Made by a program: the position numbers and the translations under genes | Shown: one piece after another, positions 37,859 to 48,828 of the stretch | Numbering within the stretch: position 1 is the stretch's first letter | Layout of the letters: every line of letters starts with the position of its first letter | Notes under the pieces: generated by a model | Told to the model about the DNA's origin: nothing | What the model saw: the letters and a program-made list of their open reading frames with translations, nothing else | Database searches by the model: none | NCBI GenBank assembly: GCA_964510085.1 | Contig: CAZEAB010000006.1 | Coordinates: 1 to 52,844 of the forward strand | From: an uncultured Methanosarcinales archaeon | GTDB lineage: Archaea; Nanobdellota; Nanobdellia; Woesearchaeales; GW2011-AR9 | Direction: 5' to 3' | DNA: 52,844 bases

Positions 37859-40800
37859 ATGAGAGCAACAACATTACTTTCACTTTTTGTTATGTTGATT
37901 TTAGTTTCAGCTCCACTTGCTCAATCAGCAGGCGGGGTAGCGGTAACATATTGGCTTCCAGATGGAAGTAAGTCATTAACCATAAACTATGGAGAAACAG
38001 CAGAATTACAATTAGAATCAAGTACAGGGCAATTACCATTAGAAGTAGTTGTTCTTGTGACAAATGAAGCAACAGGAAAACAATTCCAACTTCATAAGAA
38101 AATTTCAACAGAAGATAAGAAACACAATCCTGTTCTTAAAGTTGACACAAAAGCATTCAATATGTTTGGTGGAACATACAAAATTGTAGCAACCGCCGAT
38201 GGCGTTGCGGAGAAAACACCAACAATCCTGAAAGTTATTGGGAAAAACACACCTCCTACTTTAGAAGTTATTAGTAAACCTTCATACACATACTCAGACG
38301 GTCCAGAATTCACAGCAAAAAATGGAGACTATGTAGAAGTATGGTTTGCATCAAAAGATGCAGAAGGAGATAAAGTTTCATTTGAATACAAACCTCACAA
38401 CGCAGGATATTTTGTAGGGGGCTTACCAGAAGGTCTTTCATTAGTATACGTTGTAGAAAATAAAGAACTAGGCCACATGGGAGCAATAATTGGAACTCCA
38501 ACACAGACTGGTAAATTTAGTGTAACAATTTCAGCTTCAGATGGAAAAGATGTTACTAAACAGAATATTTACTTAGAAATTTCAGGAAGTGATCCAGAAT
38601 TAAGTTTATCTGGAACACAAAGCGAATATGCAGAAGTAGCTCCTACAAGTTCGCCCTACACAATTACAGCTAAAGTAGATGATAAAGATGTAAAAGATAC
38701 ACACAACGTTGTTGTTGAATCATGTTCACCAGGAATGATGGGTTGTATTGATATGGGCATGTTTGGAAGTTCTTACAGTAAAACTCTTCCAAGTGTTATG
38801 AAATTCAATGAAAAAACAAATGAATTAGAAATCAATCCAACTTTTGATTACTTAAAACATAACTGGGACTCAAACCCATTTGACTTTAAATCATATGGCC
38901 AACAATCAAAAACATACAAAGTTCGATTTAAAGCATATGATAGCAATTCGCAATCATCTGGTTGGGTCTACCATACAGTTAAGATTGTAGATACAAACCA
39001 GAAACCTGTATACCAGGGTTCAATTGGAAAATTACCAACTAAAGAAGGAGAAGCATCTACATTACAAGTAAGTTTCAAAGATGGCGATAAAGAAGATACA
39101 ATTTCCTATGCTGTTAAAAACAATCCAACTGGTGTTTCAATTACAGCAGACGGAAAAGTTCAATGGACTCCTAGTTTCACACAATCAGGAACTCAAGAAA
39201 TTACCGTTGTAGCTACTGATAAAATTGATACAGTTGAACAGAAATTTAGTACACTTGTTGCAAATGTAAATCAAGCACCTACAATTACAACTGGAGATCA
39301 AAGTACTACAGAATCACACTTAATAAAATTCAAAGTCGAAGCAACAGATATTGATGGAGACTTATTTGATATTAGTATTGATTCAAAGACTCTTCCATCT
39401 GGAGCATCGTTCGACGCAACAAGTGATGAATTTTCATGGTTCACTAAAGTTGGTGACGCAGGTACATACAAAGTTGTTTTCACAGCACGAGATGTACATA
39501 ACGCAGAATCAACGAAAACAATTACAGTAATTGTAAACCCTTTAAACAACGATCCGCCACAGATTACAACTGGCGATCAGAAAGCTGTTGAAGGAGATTT
39601 AATCTCATTTACAGTTGAAACAAAAGATAATGATGATCCAATTGTTTTAGTTGGTGTTACAAAGTCAACACTTCCAGCAGGAGCAACATATGACTTTGTA
39701 AGTAAGAAGTTTACCTGGCAAACTAAAGTTGGTGACAAAGGAACATACAATGTAGAATTTGAAGCTGATGATGCTAAAACAACAACAAAGAAAACAATCA
39801 AAATTACTGTAGAAGAAAAACAAGTTGTTCCAAATGCAAAACCTTCATTAACAAAAATTGAAGATCAAACATTTGTTGCAAATGTAGAGAAATCATTTAC
39901 CATCTCTGGAACAGATACAGACGGTCCAAACCCAGTATCATATGTAATGACCTGGCCGGAAGCAAACCTTCCAGCAGATGTAACATTTGATAAAGCAACA
40001 GGAAAATTCACATGGAAACCAGCAGCAAGTTATGCTGGAAAGACATTGAAAGTAACATTCGGAGTAACTGATGGTAAAGATACAACTTCACAAGAAGTTA
40101 CCTTTACAATTAATGCAAAGAATGAAGCGCCTGTATTAGATGCGATTGGGGATAGAGTATTCTATGTTGAAATGGAGAACACTTTGGTTGTAACAGCAAC
40201 AGATGAAGATGTTGCAAGTTTAAAGTTTACTGCAGCAATATTGCCAGCAGGAAATGTTACATTCAGTAATGGTAAATTTTCATGGAAACCAACAGAAGCA
40301 AGCATTGGAACACACGAAATAACATTTACTGTAACAGATGCAGCAGGATTAGCAGATAGTGAAAAAATCAAGATTACAGTAATGGAACTTGATACAGACC
40401 AAGATACAATTCCAGACAGAAAAGATAACTGTCCTAAAGTTGCAAATCTAGATCAGAAAGATTCAAATGGAGACAATATTGGTGACGCATGTGAACAGAA
40501 TAATGTTCCATTGTTCACAAATCTGAAAGATACATACACAGTAAATGAAAATGAGAAACTTGTTATCAACATGAAAGCAGTTGATGATGACAATCAGAAG
40601 TTAACATTTTCATTAACTCCACCAACAGGAGTTGCATTTACTGGTTCAAGTTTTGTACAAGATAAAGACAACGAAGCTACATTTACGTGGACTCCTGGAT
40701 TTAAAGATGAAGGGAACTACAAAGTAGTGTTATCGGTTACTGACGGAGATGCAATAACTAACAACACTGTTACAATTAATGTACTTAACAAGAACAGAGG

Positions 40801-41371
40801 TCCAGTAATCACCTCAACACCAGTTACAAGTGCAAGTACAATTGCAAAGTATGAATACCAAGTAACTGCTACAGATGAAGACAATGACAAGTTAACCTTT
40901 AGTCTTGTACAAGCACCAGAAGGCATGACAATTAACTCAGTAACTGGTTTAGTTGAATGGTATTCACCATACTCTGGAGCTGCTTCAGTAACTGTTGCAG
41001 TATCTGACGGCGAATCAGTAACACTTCAACAGTATACAATTTCAAGCCAATCATTTAGTAAGAACATCAAAATTGCAAATGTTCGAGTTGGCCCAGAAGT
41101 TGCATACGCAGGAGAACCAATCTTAGTCCACTCAACTGTTGTGAACAACGGGAATGTGGATTTAGAAAATGTACGAATTGAAGTACTAATCTATGACCTT
41201 GGTCTAAAGAGAAGTACAGGTACATTTGACTTAGAAGATGGAAGATCAAATGCTCGTGGAGTATATCTTCAGCTACCACCATTCGCTCCTTCGGGAACGT
41301 ACTTGGTAAAAGTAACAGCTGGAAATGACGAGTTCAGGGAATCTGCCTACAGGCAGGTTACTGTCATTTAA
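37859..41371 (+). CDS. Large surface adhesin-like protein with cadherin-like/He_PIG Ig repeats, TSP3 repeat and CARDB-like C-terminus
   Basis: Repeated N.AP...ATDxDGD...LP.GA.FD...FTW.P; DTDQDTIPDRKDNCPKVANLDQKDSNGDNIGDAC. Confidence 0.88.
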   Translation: MRATTLLSLFVMLILVSAPLAQSAGGVAVTYWLPDGSKSLTINYGETAELQLESSTGQLPLEVVVLVTNEATGKQFQLHKKISTEDKKHNPVLKVDTKAFNMFGGTYKIVATADGVAEKTPTILKVIGKNTPPTLEVISKPSYTYSDGPEFTAKNGDYVEVWFASKDAEGDKVSFEYKPHNAGYFVGGLPEGLSLVYVVENKELGHMGAIIGTPTQTGKFSVTISASDGKDVTKQNIYLEISGSDPELSLSGTQSEYAEVAPTSSPYTITAKVDDKDVKDTHNVVVESCSPGMMGCIDMGMFGSSYSKTLPSVMKFNEKTNELEINPTFDYLKHNWDSNPFDFKSYGQQSKTYKVRFKAYDSNSQSSGWVYHTVKIVDTNQKPVYQGSIGKLPTKEGEASTLQVSFKDGDKEDTISYAVKNNPTGVSITADGKVQWTPSFTQSGTQEITVVATDKIDTVEQKFSTLVANVNQAPTITTGDQSTTESHLIKFKVEATDIDGDLFDISIDSKTLPSGASFDATSDEFSWFTKVGDAGTYKVVFTARDVHNAESTKTITVIVNPLNNDPPQITTGDQKAVEGDLISFTVETKDNDDPIVLVGVTKSTLPAGATYDFVSKKFTWQTKVGDKGTYNVEFEADDAKTTTKKTIKITVEEKQVVPNAKPSLTKIEDQTFVANVEKSFTISGTDTDGPNPVSYVMTWPEANLPADVTFDKATGKFTWKPAASYAGKTLKVTFGVTDGKDTTSQEVTFTINAKNEAPVLDAIGDRVFYVEMENTLVVTATDEDVASLKFTAAILPAGNVTFSNGKFSWKPTEASIGTHEITFTVTDAAGLADSEKIKITVMELDTDQDTIPDRKDNCPKVANLDQKDSNGDNIGDACEQNNVPLFTNLKDTYTVNENEKLVINMKAVDDDNQKLTFSLTPPTGVAFTGSSFVQDKDNEATFTWTPGFKDEGNYKVVLSVTDGDAITNNTVTINVLNKNRGPVITSTPVTSASTIAKYEYQVTATDEDNDKLTFSLVQAPEGMTINSVTGLVEWYSPYSGAASVTVAVSDGESVTLQQYTISSQSFSKNIKIANVRVGPEVAYAGEPILVHSTVVNNGNVDLENVRIEVLIYDLGLKRSTGTFDLEDGRSNARGVYLQLPPFAPSGTYLVKVTAGNDEFRESAYRQVTVI

Positions 41372-41501
41372 GAATAGATAATTGGTGTAATTACTCAAGA
41401 ATACTAAATGCCACGAAAGGTTTATAAAGAAACCAGGCAATTTAGGGTTTAGGGGTAATACTCCATTTGTCAAAGAAATTAATTGGAGGAACAAAGACAA
41501 A

Positions 41502-42767
41502 ATGAAAAAATTGATGAGCTTAATGGCTATATTCGTTGTAAGCGTACTCATGGTTTCCATGGTTAGTGCTTTAGACGATACAAATGTTAAATTCCACAAA
41601 GTGGAAGTTAATAACGTAGACATTGAAAAAACAACCTTTTTATCCGTAGAAGAAGGCGAAGAACTTGATATTGATATTGTATTAGTAGCTGGTACTGCTG
41701 GTGCTAAAGATGTTCAAGTTGAAGCTGAAATTGGCGGATATGAATATGACGATTACGAAAACCTCGAAAAAGAAACAGAAGTATTCGACGTTTTACCTGG
41801 ACGAACAAAGTCAGTTAGTTTAACACTAAACTTACCTAAAGGTCTAGATAAAGATGAATACTGGTTACGTGTTCGAGTAATGGATAAAAAAACAACCACA
41901 CAAGAAACAGTTGTTAAATTATCAGTAGAACCTACACGACATGGTGTTGACATCAAAGATGTTGCATTATCTCCTGGTGCTAAAGTTCAAGCAGGTCGAT
42001 CTTTACTTGCATCCGTTCTCTTAGAGAACTACGGTGACAAGCATGAAGACGATGTAAAAGTAACAGTAGCAATTCCAGCTTTAGGTGTTAGTTCAACTGA
42101 ATTTGTTGACGCTGTTAAAATGGACGATAAGAACGGTCTAAACAACATCGATTACGAAGATGTTCCTGAAATGTTCCTTTCCATCCCTGGAAACGCAGCA
42201 GCAGGTACATACAAATTGGATGTAACAGTACAGTACGACGATCTTCGTGAAACTGTAAGTAAATCATTCAACGTAGAAGTTGTTGAGAACGCTTTATTCC
42301 AAACATCCGACAAGCTAGTATTGGCAGTTGGTCCAGCAGCAAAAACCGTAGCACAAGGTACAACCACAAACTTCGGTGTTGCTCTAATCAACGAAGGAAC
42401 AAGCTCAAAAGCATACACAGTTGAAGCAGTCTCCGGAAACGGCGTAACTGCGACAGTAAGCGAAAGCTTAGTAGTATTATCACCAAAACAAAGTAAAGTT
42501 GTTGCAGTAGGAGTAACTCCAAGCGCATCAGCAGCTGTTGGTGAGAACCTAGTTTCAGTAACCATCAAATCCGGTTCTGAAAATGTTGAAACAGTGAGCT
42601 TAAAAGCTAACGTAGTTCCAGGTCAATCAAATGATAGCTTTAACCTACGAAACGGATTAGAGATTGCATTAATCGTACTTGTAGTACTATTAGTAATCAT
42701 TGGTCTAATTGTTGGTTTCAGTCGATTGAGACGGGATGACGACGAGGAAGAACAAACTTACTACTAA
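41502..42767 (+). CDS. Putative S-layer/surface protein with Ig-like (CARDB/NEW3-like) domains and C-terminal TM
   Basis: Signal peptide, beta-rich domains, TM followed by RRDDDEEEQTYY; GGAGG RBS and T-tract terminator. Confidence 0.78.
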   Translation: MKKLMSLMAIFVVSVLMVSMVSALDDTNVKFHKVEVNNVDIEKTTFLSVEEGEELDIDIVLVAGTAGAKDVQVEAEIGGYEYDDYENLEKETEVFDVLPGRTKSVSLTLNLPKGLDKDEYWLRVRVMDKKTTTQETVVKLSVEPTRHGVDIKDVALSPGAKVQAGRSLLASVLLENYGDKHEDDVKVTVAIPALGVSSTEFVDAVKMDDKNGLNNIDYEDVPEMFLSIPGNAAAGTYKLDVTVQYDDLRETVSKSFNVEVVENALFQTSDKLVLAVGPAAKTVAQGTTTNFGVALINEGTSSKAYTVEAVSGNGVTATVSESLVVLSPKQSKVVAVGVTPSASAAVGENLVSVTIKSGSENVETVSLKANVVPGQSNDSFNLRNGLEIALIVLVVLLVIIGLIVGFSRLRRDDDEEEQTYY

Positions 42768-42861
42768 GGTAGTAAACCTTTCCTCCAATTTTTTTTCTTT
42801 TTCTTTTTGTTGAGGAACTTTTTTTAATACATTTTTTATACTCTATAATAATTGATATTCT

Positions 42862-43941
42862 ATGAAAATTGCAATAATCGGTGGCGGTCCAATCGGATGT
42901 TATGCTGCTTATTTACTCGCAAAAGAAAACCATGATGTTTCTATTTATGAAAACCATTCTCAAATCGGTGCACCAATACAATGTACTGGTATTCTTACAT
43001 CTTCATTTGATGAGTTTAACATTCCTATGGGTGAATTTCTTGTAAACATCATAACTACAATAGACGTTCATTCGCCAAATAAATCACTTACAGTCAAACA
43101 AAAAGACTATGTTGTATGTAGGACTAAGTTTGATCAATATATCGCGAGAATGGCTGAAAAAGCTGGTGCTAATATCTTTGTAAATCATTCATTTCAGAGA
43201 AAGGAAGGAAATACATTAATCATAAACAGTAAACATGAAGAAATCTCAATAAACCCAGACATCGTAATTGCTGCAGATGGCCCTTTATCACCAACAGCGA
43301 AAGCGTATGGGTTTTATCATAAAGATAGAGAAAACTATTTTGGGATACAAGCAACGGTAGAAGGACACTTTGAACCACATACAATTAAAACATACTTTGG
43401 AAAAAGGGTATGTCCTGGTTTATTTGCATGGATTACACCAGAATCATCTACAACTGCAAGAGTAGGCTTAGCAATGAAGAAAGATTCTCGTAAGTATTTT
43501 GACAAGTTTATGAAAGAACAGGGCTTTACAGCAAAAGAGATGCAAGCAGGTACAATCCCATTATATCACTCAAAACAAAAGATAAAACATGGCAATTGTT
43601 ACGTTGTTGGAGACGCATCTTCATACGTAAAAGCAACCACTCTTGGAGGTATAGTTCCAGCGATGAAACAAGTTGAAGTTGTGGTGGATTGTATTCAGAA
43701 TGGAAAGGATGTTGAGGTTGAATTAAAGCAAGTTAAACGGGAATTATGGACACATTTGAAAGTACAAGAAATATTTGATAAATTTTCAGATAAAGATTGG
43801 GATGAATTAGTAGGATATGTTAACCAACCAAAAATTCAAAAAGTATTTGAAAAATATACGCGAGATAATCCAATTCCCTTAATTACTTCAGCATTATTAA
43901 AAGAACCAAGGTTTCTTAAGTTCACAAAACATATTTTTTGA
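42862..43941 (+). CDS. Geranylgeranyl reductase family FAD oxidoreductase
   Basis: GGGPIG, QCTG, AADG, FAWITP, VGDA..VK..TLGGI. Confidence 0.9.
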   Translation: MKIAIIGGGPIGCYAAYLLAKENHDVSIYENHSQIGAPIQCTGILTSSFDEFNIPMGEFLVNIITTIDVHSPNKSLTVKQKDYVVCRTKFDQYIARMAEKAGANIFVNHSFQRKEGNTLIINSKHEEISINPDIVIAADGPLSPTAKAYGFYHKDRENYFGIQATVEGHFEPHTIKTYFGKRVCPGLFAWITPESSTTARVGLAMKKDSRKYFDKFMKEQGFTAKEMQAGTIPLYHSKQKIKHGNCYVVGDASSYVKATTLGGIVPAMKQVEVVVDCIQNGKDVEVELKQVKRELWTHLKVQEIFDKFSDKDWDELVGYVNQPKIQKVFEKYTRDNPIPLITSALLKEPRFLKFTKHIF

Positions 43942-44668
43942 TAACATTGGCATACTTCTCATTCATTCCACCTAACCTAAAGATAACAACTTCTTTAACA
44001 CCAATCTTCTTCATTTCATTCAAATCTCGCTTCAAATCTTTTGGAGTTATCTTTGGTTCATTCCCCAGAATTCCTGTTGCAGTAACCCCCAATCCAACTT
44101 GTAAGTTATCTTTATATTTTTCATGTAATTTAGTAATACCTCTAAGCAACAATGTTGGGATTAATTTATGCATTGACGTATAATACATGACAATCTTTTT
44201 GTTTCCATACTTTTTTGGAGAATACGAAACCCCTAACATTTTCAATATAGAACCAGCAAAGGAATTTTTAATGGGATATTCTGCAGTAAGGATATTTTTC
44301 CCATTATTCTTAAAGAATTTTCTAATTCTCGGCAAATTTGTAACAAAATTATCCACTCGTAGGAATAACCTTGGGTGTCTTAATGGAAGTTCTGCATCCC
44401 ACATTACTTTGATATTTTTTTCTTTAATTTCATCCATTATCCTTTTCATTGCTTTAGAAGAACTAAATGGGCTTAACCAATAACCCTCTTTATGCTCTAA
44501 AACTGGCCAATATCCAACTGTAATGTTCTTATTTTTTACACTTCTCTTAATAGCATTAAATTCTTTAATACTCTTAGAAGCCACATATACGGTTGTTGGC
44601 CATGTAACAAATCTAAGTTTAGCCAAATTCTTTTTTGTAGGAAATTCTTCAAAGAAACTTACTTTCAT
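43922..44668 (-). CDS. Hypothetical protein, possibly TIM-barrel
   Basis: 248-aa ORF; YWP..GYWLSPF, WDAELP, VIFRLGG. Confidence 0.7.
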   Translation of the reverse strand: MKVSFFEEFPTKKNLAKLRFVTWPTTVYVASKSIKEFNAIKRSVKNKNITVGYWPVLEHKEGYWLSPFSSSKAMKRIMDEIKEKNIKVMWDAELPLRHPRLFLRVDNFVTNLPRIRKFFKNNGKNILTAEYPIKNSFAGSILKMLGVSYSPKKYGNKKIVMYYTSMHKLIPTLLLRGITKLHEKYKDNLQVGLGVTATGILGNEPKITPKDLKRDLNEMKKIGVKEVVIFRLGGMNEKYANVIKKYVL

Positions 44669-44700
44669 ATCACAAAGAAAACAAAACTCATTAATAAAAT

Positions 44701-45462
44701 CTACTTCATTACTTTATACCATTTATACAACAATCTATCTACGGACTTAACTAAATCTGCATTCGAACCACTTAACGTAATACAAGTACTATCTAACTCT
44801 ATTGTTGGTTTTTCCCCACCTAATACAAATTCAATAACCGGGTTTCCCTGAGTATTGTCACAACTCATGGTTTTTCTACCTTCACATACTTTTGCATCTA
44901 TAGTACATGCCGCTTCAGGATATCTTCCAATTCCTTGAGCCATGTTGAGACTTAATTCTGATACAGCCAAGGTATAATATTGATTTGCAATTCGTGGGTC
45001 TATTGCAATGTAAATTGTTCCACCGTTATTGAATGTATCAGAAACTTGTCCAGATACTTCTACATCTACCAAATCTTTTGGGCCGAAATGTAATGGAATA
45101 ATCAAATCTTCATCTACTCCAGAGACTTGTGTCCACCATAATTTATCATTTCTCACAACACTATATCCATTATAGATATACCCCTGCTCTTCATTAAGAT
45201 CTCCATCATAATTCATTTGATGTAAATCATCGATTGTTGCTACGGCAGCACCAGTAAGAGAATTATACCAAGAGAATCCTCCTATAACAATAATAAATAG
45301 ACCTATAATCACTCCAACCATCAGAAGGACGTTCTTTGAATCGCTTGAAGTATGTTGCTCTTTATTCTCTTCAAGAGTTTCCTCGGCATGTTTTTTTGCC
45401 TTTTCATCAAGATCTTGACGTTTTTTCTCTTTCTCAATCGATTCTATGATATCTATATCCAT
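44701..45462 (-). CDS. Membrane-anchored hypothetical protein
   Basis: Single TM, YIYNGYS, four Cys, VDRLLYKWY. Confidence 0.75.
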   Translation of the reverse strand: MDIDIIESIEKEKKRQDLDEKAKKHAEETLEENKEQHTSSDSKNVLLMVGVIIGLFIIVIGGFSWYNSLTGAAVATIDDLHQMNYDGDLNEEQGYIYNGYSVVRNDKLWWTQVSGVDEDLIIPLHFGPKDLVDVEVSGQVSDTFNNGGTIYIAIDPRIANQYYTLAVSELSLNMAQGIGRYPEAACTIDAKVCEGRKTMSCDNTQGNPVIEFVLGGEKPTIELDSTCITLSGSNADLVKSVDRLLYKWYKVMK

Positions 45463-45501
45463 TTAGGAGATTTGTCAAACTTGCTTTATAAATTTAATGA
45501 A

Positions 45502-46197
45502 TTAATCCGGCATACGTGAATTATCATAATGACGTAATCCAAACCGAGCCATTATCACATATTGTCCATCTCTTGAAACAGAACCACTAAGACTTGCATC
45601 AACATTCTGGTGTAAAAAGTCAGCTTCATGTTGTAACCTTGCCTCAGTGTGATGGAATGCAACATGGCTACCATGTAATTCTGCAGAAACAATACCACTT
45701 AAATTCCATCCATGCCATACTTGTTTAGTTATTTTATACTCAACATATTCTCCATGATGTCCATGAAATCCAAGAACTCTCCATCTGGAATTATCAGATT
45801 TTCCAAAAATTCCAATAACATACTCTTGGTCTACTAACTTTTCAGTTTGATGAAGATCAATACCACCTACCATCTCAATATGTGGGGTTATATGTACACC
45901 AACTTCTCCCCATAAATTGTAATTAAGATCTCCAGAAAGGTCTCTGTAATTGATTTCTCCTCCACCAGCAAGAAGCATATCACCAAAATGTGCTTTCCCT
46001 CTAATACGTTCTTGATTAATCGGTCCACTTGACGCGGCTTCTCCTCTCCACCATAATCTTGACAAATATCGTTGCTGGTGATTTATCTGAACAGAAGTAG
46101 GATTTTTTTCAACAATTTTCTTTGGACTCGCAGAAACAGGGGACAGCGCCATGTATGTTGCCATGAAAGCAGCAAACAAAGCATTTGTATACCTCAT
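45502..46197 (-). CDS. Secreted His-rich protein with alternating beta-strand pattern
   Basis: Signal peptide ending VSA; serial amphipathic strands rich in Gly and aromatic residues. Confidence 0.7.
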   Translation of the reverse strand: MRYTNALFAAFMATYMALSPVSASPKKIVEKNPTSVQINHQQRYLSRLWWRGEAASSGPINQERIRGKAHFGDMLLAGGGEINYRDLSGDLNYNLWGEVGVHITPHIEMVGGIDLHQTEKLVDQEYVIGIFGKSDNSRWRVLGFHGHHGEYVEYKITKQVWHGWNLSGIVSAELHGSHVAFHHTEARLQHEADFLHQNVDASLSGSVSRDGQYVIMARFGLRHYDNSRMPD

Positions 46198-46255
46198 GCG
46201 TCGTACATTTCTGGTTTGTTTTTAAATATTTCTGTTTGGAATTGGAATATTGGTC

Positions 46256-46984
46256 CTAAGATGTTGCTTGGGCCCAAATGGTCTTAAAGAAAGAGCGGTA
46301 TCTATCTGCATTTTCATTAGATGTTATTACAAATGCAGAGGGAGTTTCTCCCCAAACAACAGTCATCACATTATTTTCATAAATAAAAATCCCTGTGGGC
46401 AATTTTAGTTTAGTATACCGAATATTTAACCCAACCGATTTATAATTTTTTTTAATAATTTTTTTTAGCTTGTTTGGAGCAACTAATTTAACTTTTATTT
46501 TTTTAGCTCTTCTTTTTGCATGAAAATTCAATAAGAAAATTCTTAATTCCTCCGAGTCTAATTCTTCTCCTAATGTAAAAACATCGTAGCTCCCATTTTT
46601 GGGAATTGTTTGAAGTAGCCTTTCCATTGCTGTTTTAAACCCTCTAATCCCTTGATAAACAGTTGCTTTTTGAGCTTTCTTTTCTATATTCTGTTTAGAT
46701 TTTAATTTTGGAATGAGTTCTTTGAGTCTCTTTTTCTTTTCATCAATAAAATTAAGCAACATTTCTGGATCAGACGCTTGAAAATGCTTTATTTTTGAAA
46801 CAATTATATAACTTGCTAGACCTTTATTAATTAGTTTCTCAAGTGCTTCGTATACCTTTGAGTTAGGAATTCCAGATTTTTTAACTAAAGGCCCAGTAGA
46901 AGTTGAACCCAATTCTAAAAGAGCTAAGTACACCTTTATTTCTCTTTCTGTAAGTCCCGCGTCTAGTAACAATTGTGTGTCCAT
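46256..46984 (-). CDS. TrmB-family transcriptional regulator
   Basis: GLTEREIKVYLALL...SKVYEALEKLINKGL wHTH; ATG at 46984. Confidence 0.9.
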   Translation of the reverse strand: MDTQLLLDAGLTEREIKVYLALLELGSTSTGPLVKKSGIPNSKVYEALEKLINKGLASYIIVSKIKHFQASDPEMLLNFIDEKKKRLKELIPKLKSKQNIEKKAQKATVYQGIRGFKTAMERLLQTIPKNGSYDVFTLGEELDSEELRIFLLNFHAKRRAKKIKVKLVAPNKLKKIIKKNYKSVGLNIRYTKLKLPTGIFIYENNVMTVVWGETPSAFVITSNENADRYRSFFKTIWAQATS

Positions 46985-47025
46985 CTGTCGTTGATTCTTG
47001 TTTGGATATATAAAACTTTCCACTA

Positions 47026-47044
47026 TTACTCCCAAGGGTGGTAA
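47026..47044. promoter_or_regulatory. Imperfect inverted repeat, candidate TrmB operator
   Basis: TTACTCCC-AA-GGGTGGTAA between the divergent TATA-like boxes of the regulator and the methyltransferase operon. Confidence 0.4.
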
Positions 47045-47090
47045 GTAAAATATATATTGTTCTCAAAAAAATAAAAGTATTAACTACAAA

Positions 47091-47789
47091 ATGGTACTAA
47101 CTAAAAATCAACAAGAACAAGTTATGAGACAGATTGAAAGAAATCAACATAGTGATATTAGGGTAGATTTAGCTTTAACCAATAGACATAAGGTACAGAA
47201 TTTAATTGTCAATGAAAATGTACTGAACCCAAAGGGAGTAGCTGCTACCTATTTAGCTCAATGGTTGTTTTTTAATAATGGTCTTTATCATAACAAAACC
47301 ACGATTGATATGGGTTGTGGTTCTGGAATTCAAGGTATAGTAATGGCTAAATACGGCGCTGAAAGAGTTTGGTGTACTGATATTTCGGATGATGCCGTAA
47401 AGAACACAAAAGCAAACATTTGTCAATATGGTTTAGAAGACAAAGTAAACGTTGTTCAAGGAGATTTATTTGAAAATATTGATAGTGATGCAGATTTAAT
47501 TGTTTCTAATATCCCATTTTTTGCTGTAGATCCATATCCTGAACATCCCATTTCTTTAGCCATGTTGAATGATGGCACATTGGTTCACGGATTCCTTGAA
47601 GGTTCAAAAAGACACCTTAAGACTGGTGGAAGTGTCGTAATGGTGTATTATGAAATGGCAGGAGAGGTAAATAACCCTTCCGTACAAGCACCCAAACATA
47701 ATTATCAAGTTGAACTAAAATTTAGAGTTGACTCTCAACAAGACATACAAAAAGGGCCGATATCTATATATGAAATGAGGCCAAAATGA
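47091..47789 (+). CDS. Class I SAM-dependent methyltransferase (HemK/MTS-like)
   Basis: IDMGCGSG, TDIS, GDLF, VSNIPF. Confidence 0.9.
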   Translation: MVLTKNQQEQVMRQIERNQHSDIRVDLALTNRHKVQNLIVNENVLNPKGVAATYLAQWLFFNNGLYHNKTTIDMGCGSGIQGIVMAKYGAERVWCTDISDDAVKNTKANICQYGLEDKVNVVQGDLFENIDSDADLIVSNIPFFAVDPYPEHPISLAMLNDGTLVHGFLEGSKRHLKTGGSVVMVYYEMAGEVNNPSVQAPKHNYQVELKFRVDSQQDIQKGPISIYEMRPK

Positions 47790-48790
47790 AAATTAAGCAT
47801 TACACTATACTTGGAATGATTGTTCTTTTAGCAATTATAATGGTCAGTTGTAATTACCCTATAACTGGAAAAGCAGTATCGGATGTAAACAAAAAAGTTG
47901 ATGTAAGGCTTCCAATCCCATTTTTAGATGCGACAATGTCTCCTTATTATGTTGCTTTAGATAAAGGATATTATGCAGAACAAGGTCTTGATGTTTCATT
48001 AAATCCTGGTTCATCTGAAACTAATCCTGTTAAAATGGTGGCTTCTGGTGCAGATGAATTTGGAATCTTAGGGGGGCCAGATACACTATTGGTTGCAAGA
48101 TCAAAAGGAATTCCATTAGTAGCAATTGCCGTTTTACATAGAAACTCTGACTTTCCAGTAATCTTAACATTAAAAGAATCTGGGTTGACTAAACTAGAAG
48201 ATCTGCAGGGAAAAAAGATAGGATTATTTTATGGACATATATCAACTGATGTTTTACATAATCTTTTGAATAAGTATGGTATTAAAAGAAATGAAATAGA
48301 TGTTGGTGTTGATTACAACCAATTGATTGCTGGGAAAGTTGATGCACAGTGGGCGTTTAGGCCTAGTGCAGGAATTACACTCCCCTCAAAGGGTTATGAA
48401 GTTAATGTCATCTCTCCTAAGGAATACGGAATTAATACACACGGTCTAACTTTATTTACTACAGAAGACATGGTAAAGAATCATCCAGAGATTGTTGAGA
48501 AATATCTTAAAGCAACATTTAAAGGAGTACAACACGTGATTGATTCTCCTAAAGATGGTGTTAAATCAATTACTAATCGAGATTCTAAATTAGATGCAAA
48601 CGTTGAAATGCAAAGAATTAAGGTATATTCCAAACTATTGAGTCATACAGAAAGGTATCCTATTGGTTATATGGATTACAAGATGTTTAAGGAAACGTAT
48701 GACAGACTACAAGAAGAAGGAGTAATCACTAAAGACTTTGATGTGAATAAAGCATTTACTACGGAATTTATTGATAAGATTCACAAATAA
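47786..48790 (+). CDS. NMT1/THI5-like ABC substrate-binding protein
   Basis: YYVALDKGYYAEQGLDV, DLQGKKIG; signal with MVSC. Confidence 0.88.
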   Translation: MKIKHYTILGMIVLLAIIMVSCNYPITGKAVSDVNKKVDVRLPIPFLDATMSPYYVALDKGYYAEQGLDVSLNPGSSETNPVKMVASGADEFGILGGPDTLLVARSKGIPLVAIAVLHRNSDFPVILTLKESGLTKLEDLQGKKIGLFYGHISTDVLHNLLNKYGIKRNEIDVGVDYNQLIAGKVDAQWAFRPSAGITLPSKGYEVNVISPKEYGINTHGLTLFTTEDMVKNHPEIVEKYLKATFKGVQHVIDSPKDGVKSITNRDSKLDANVEMQRIKVYSKLLSHTERYPIGYMDYKMFKETYDRLQEEGVITKDFDVNKAFTTEFIDKIHK

Positions 48791-48828
48791 AATAGAAGAG
48801 TCCTTTATATTCTTTCTATGTAATAAAA

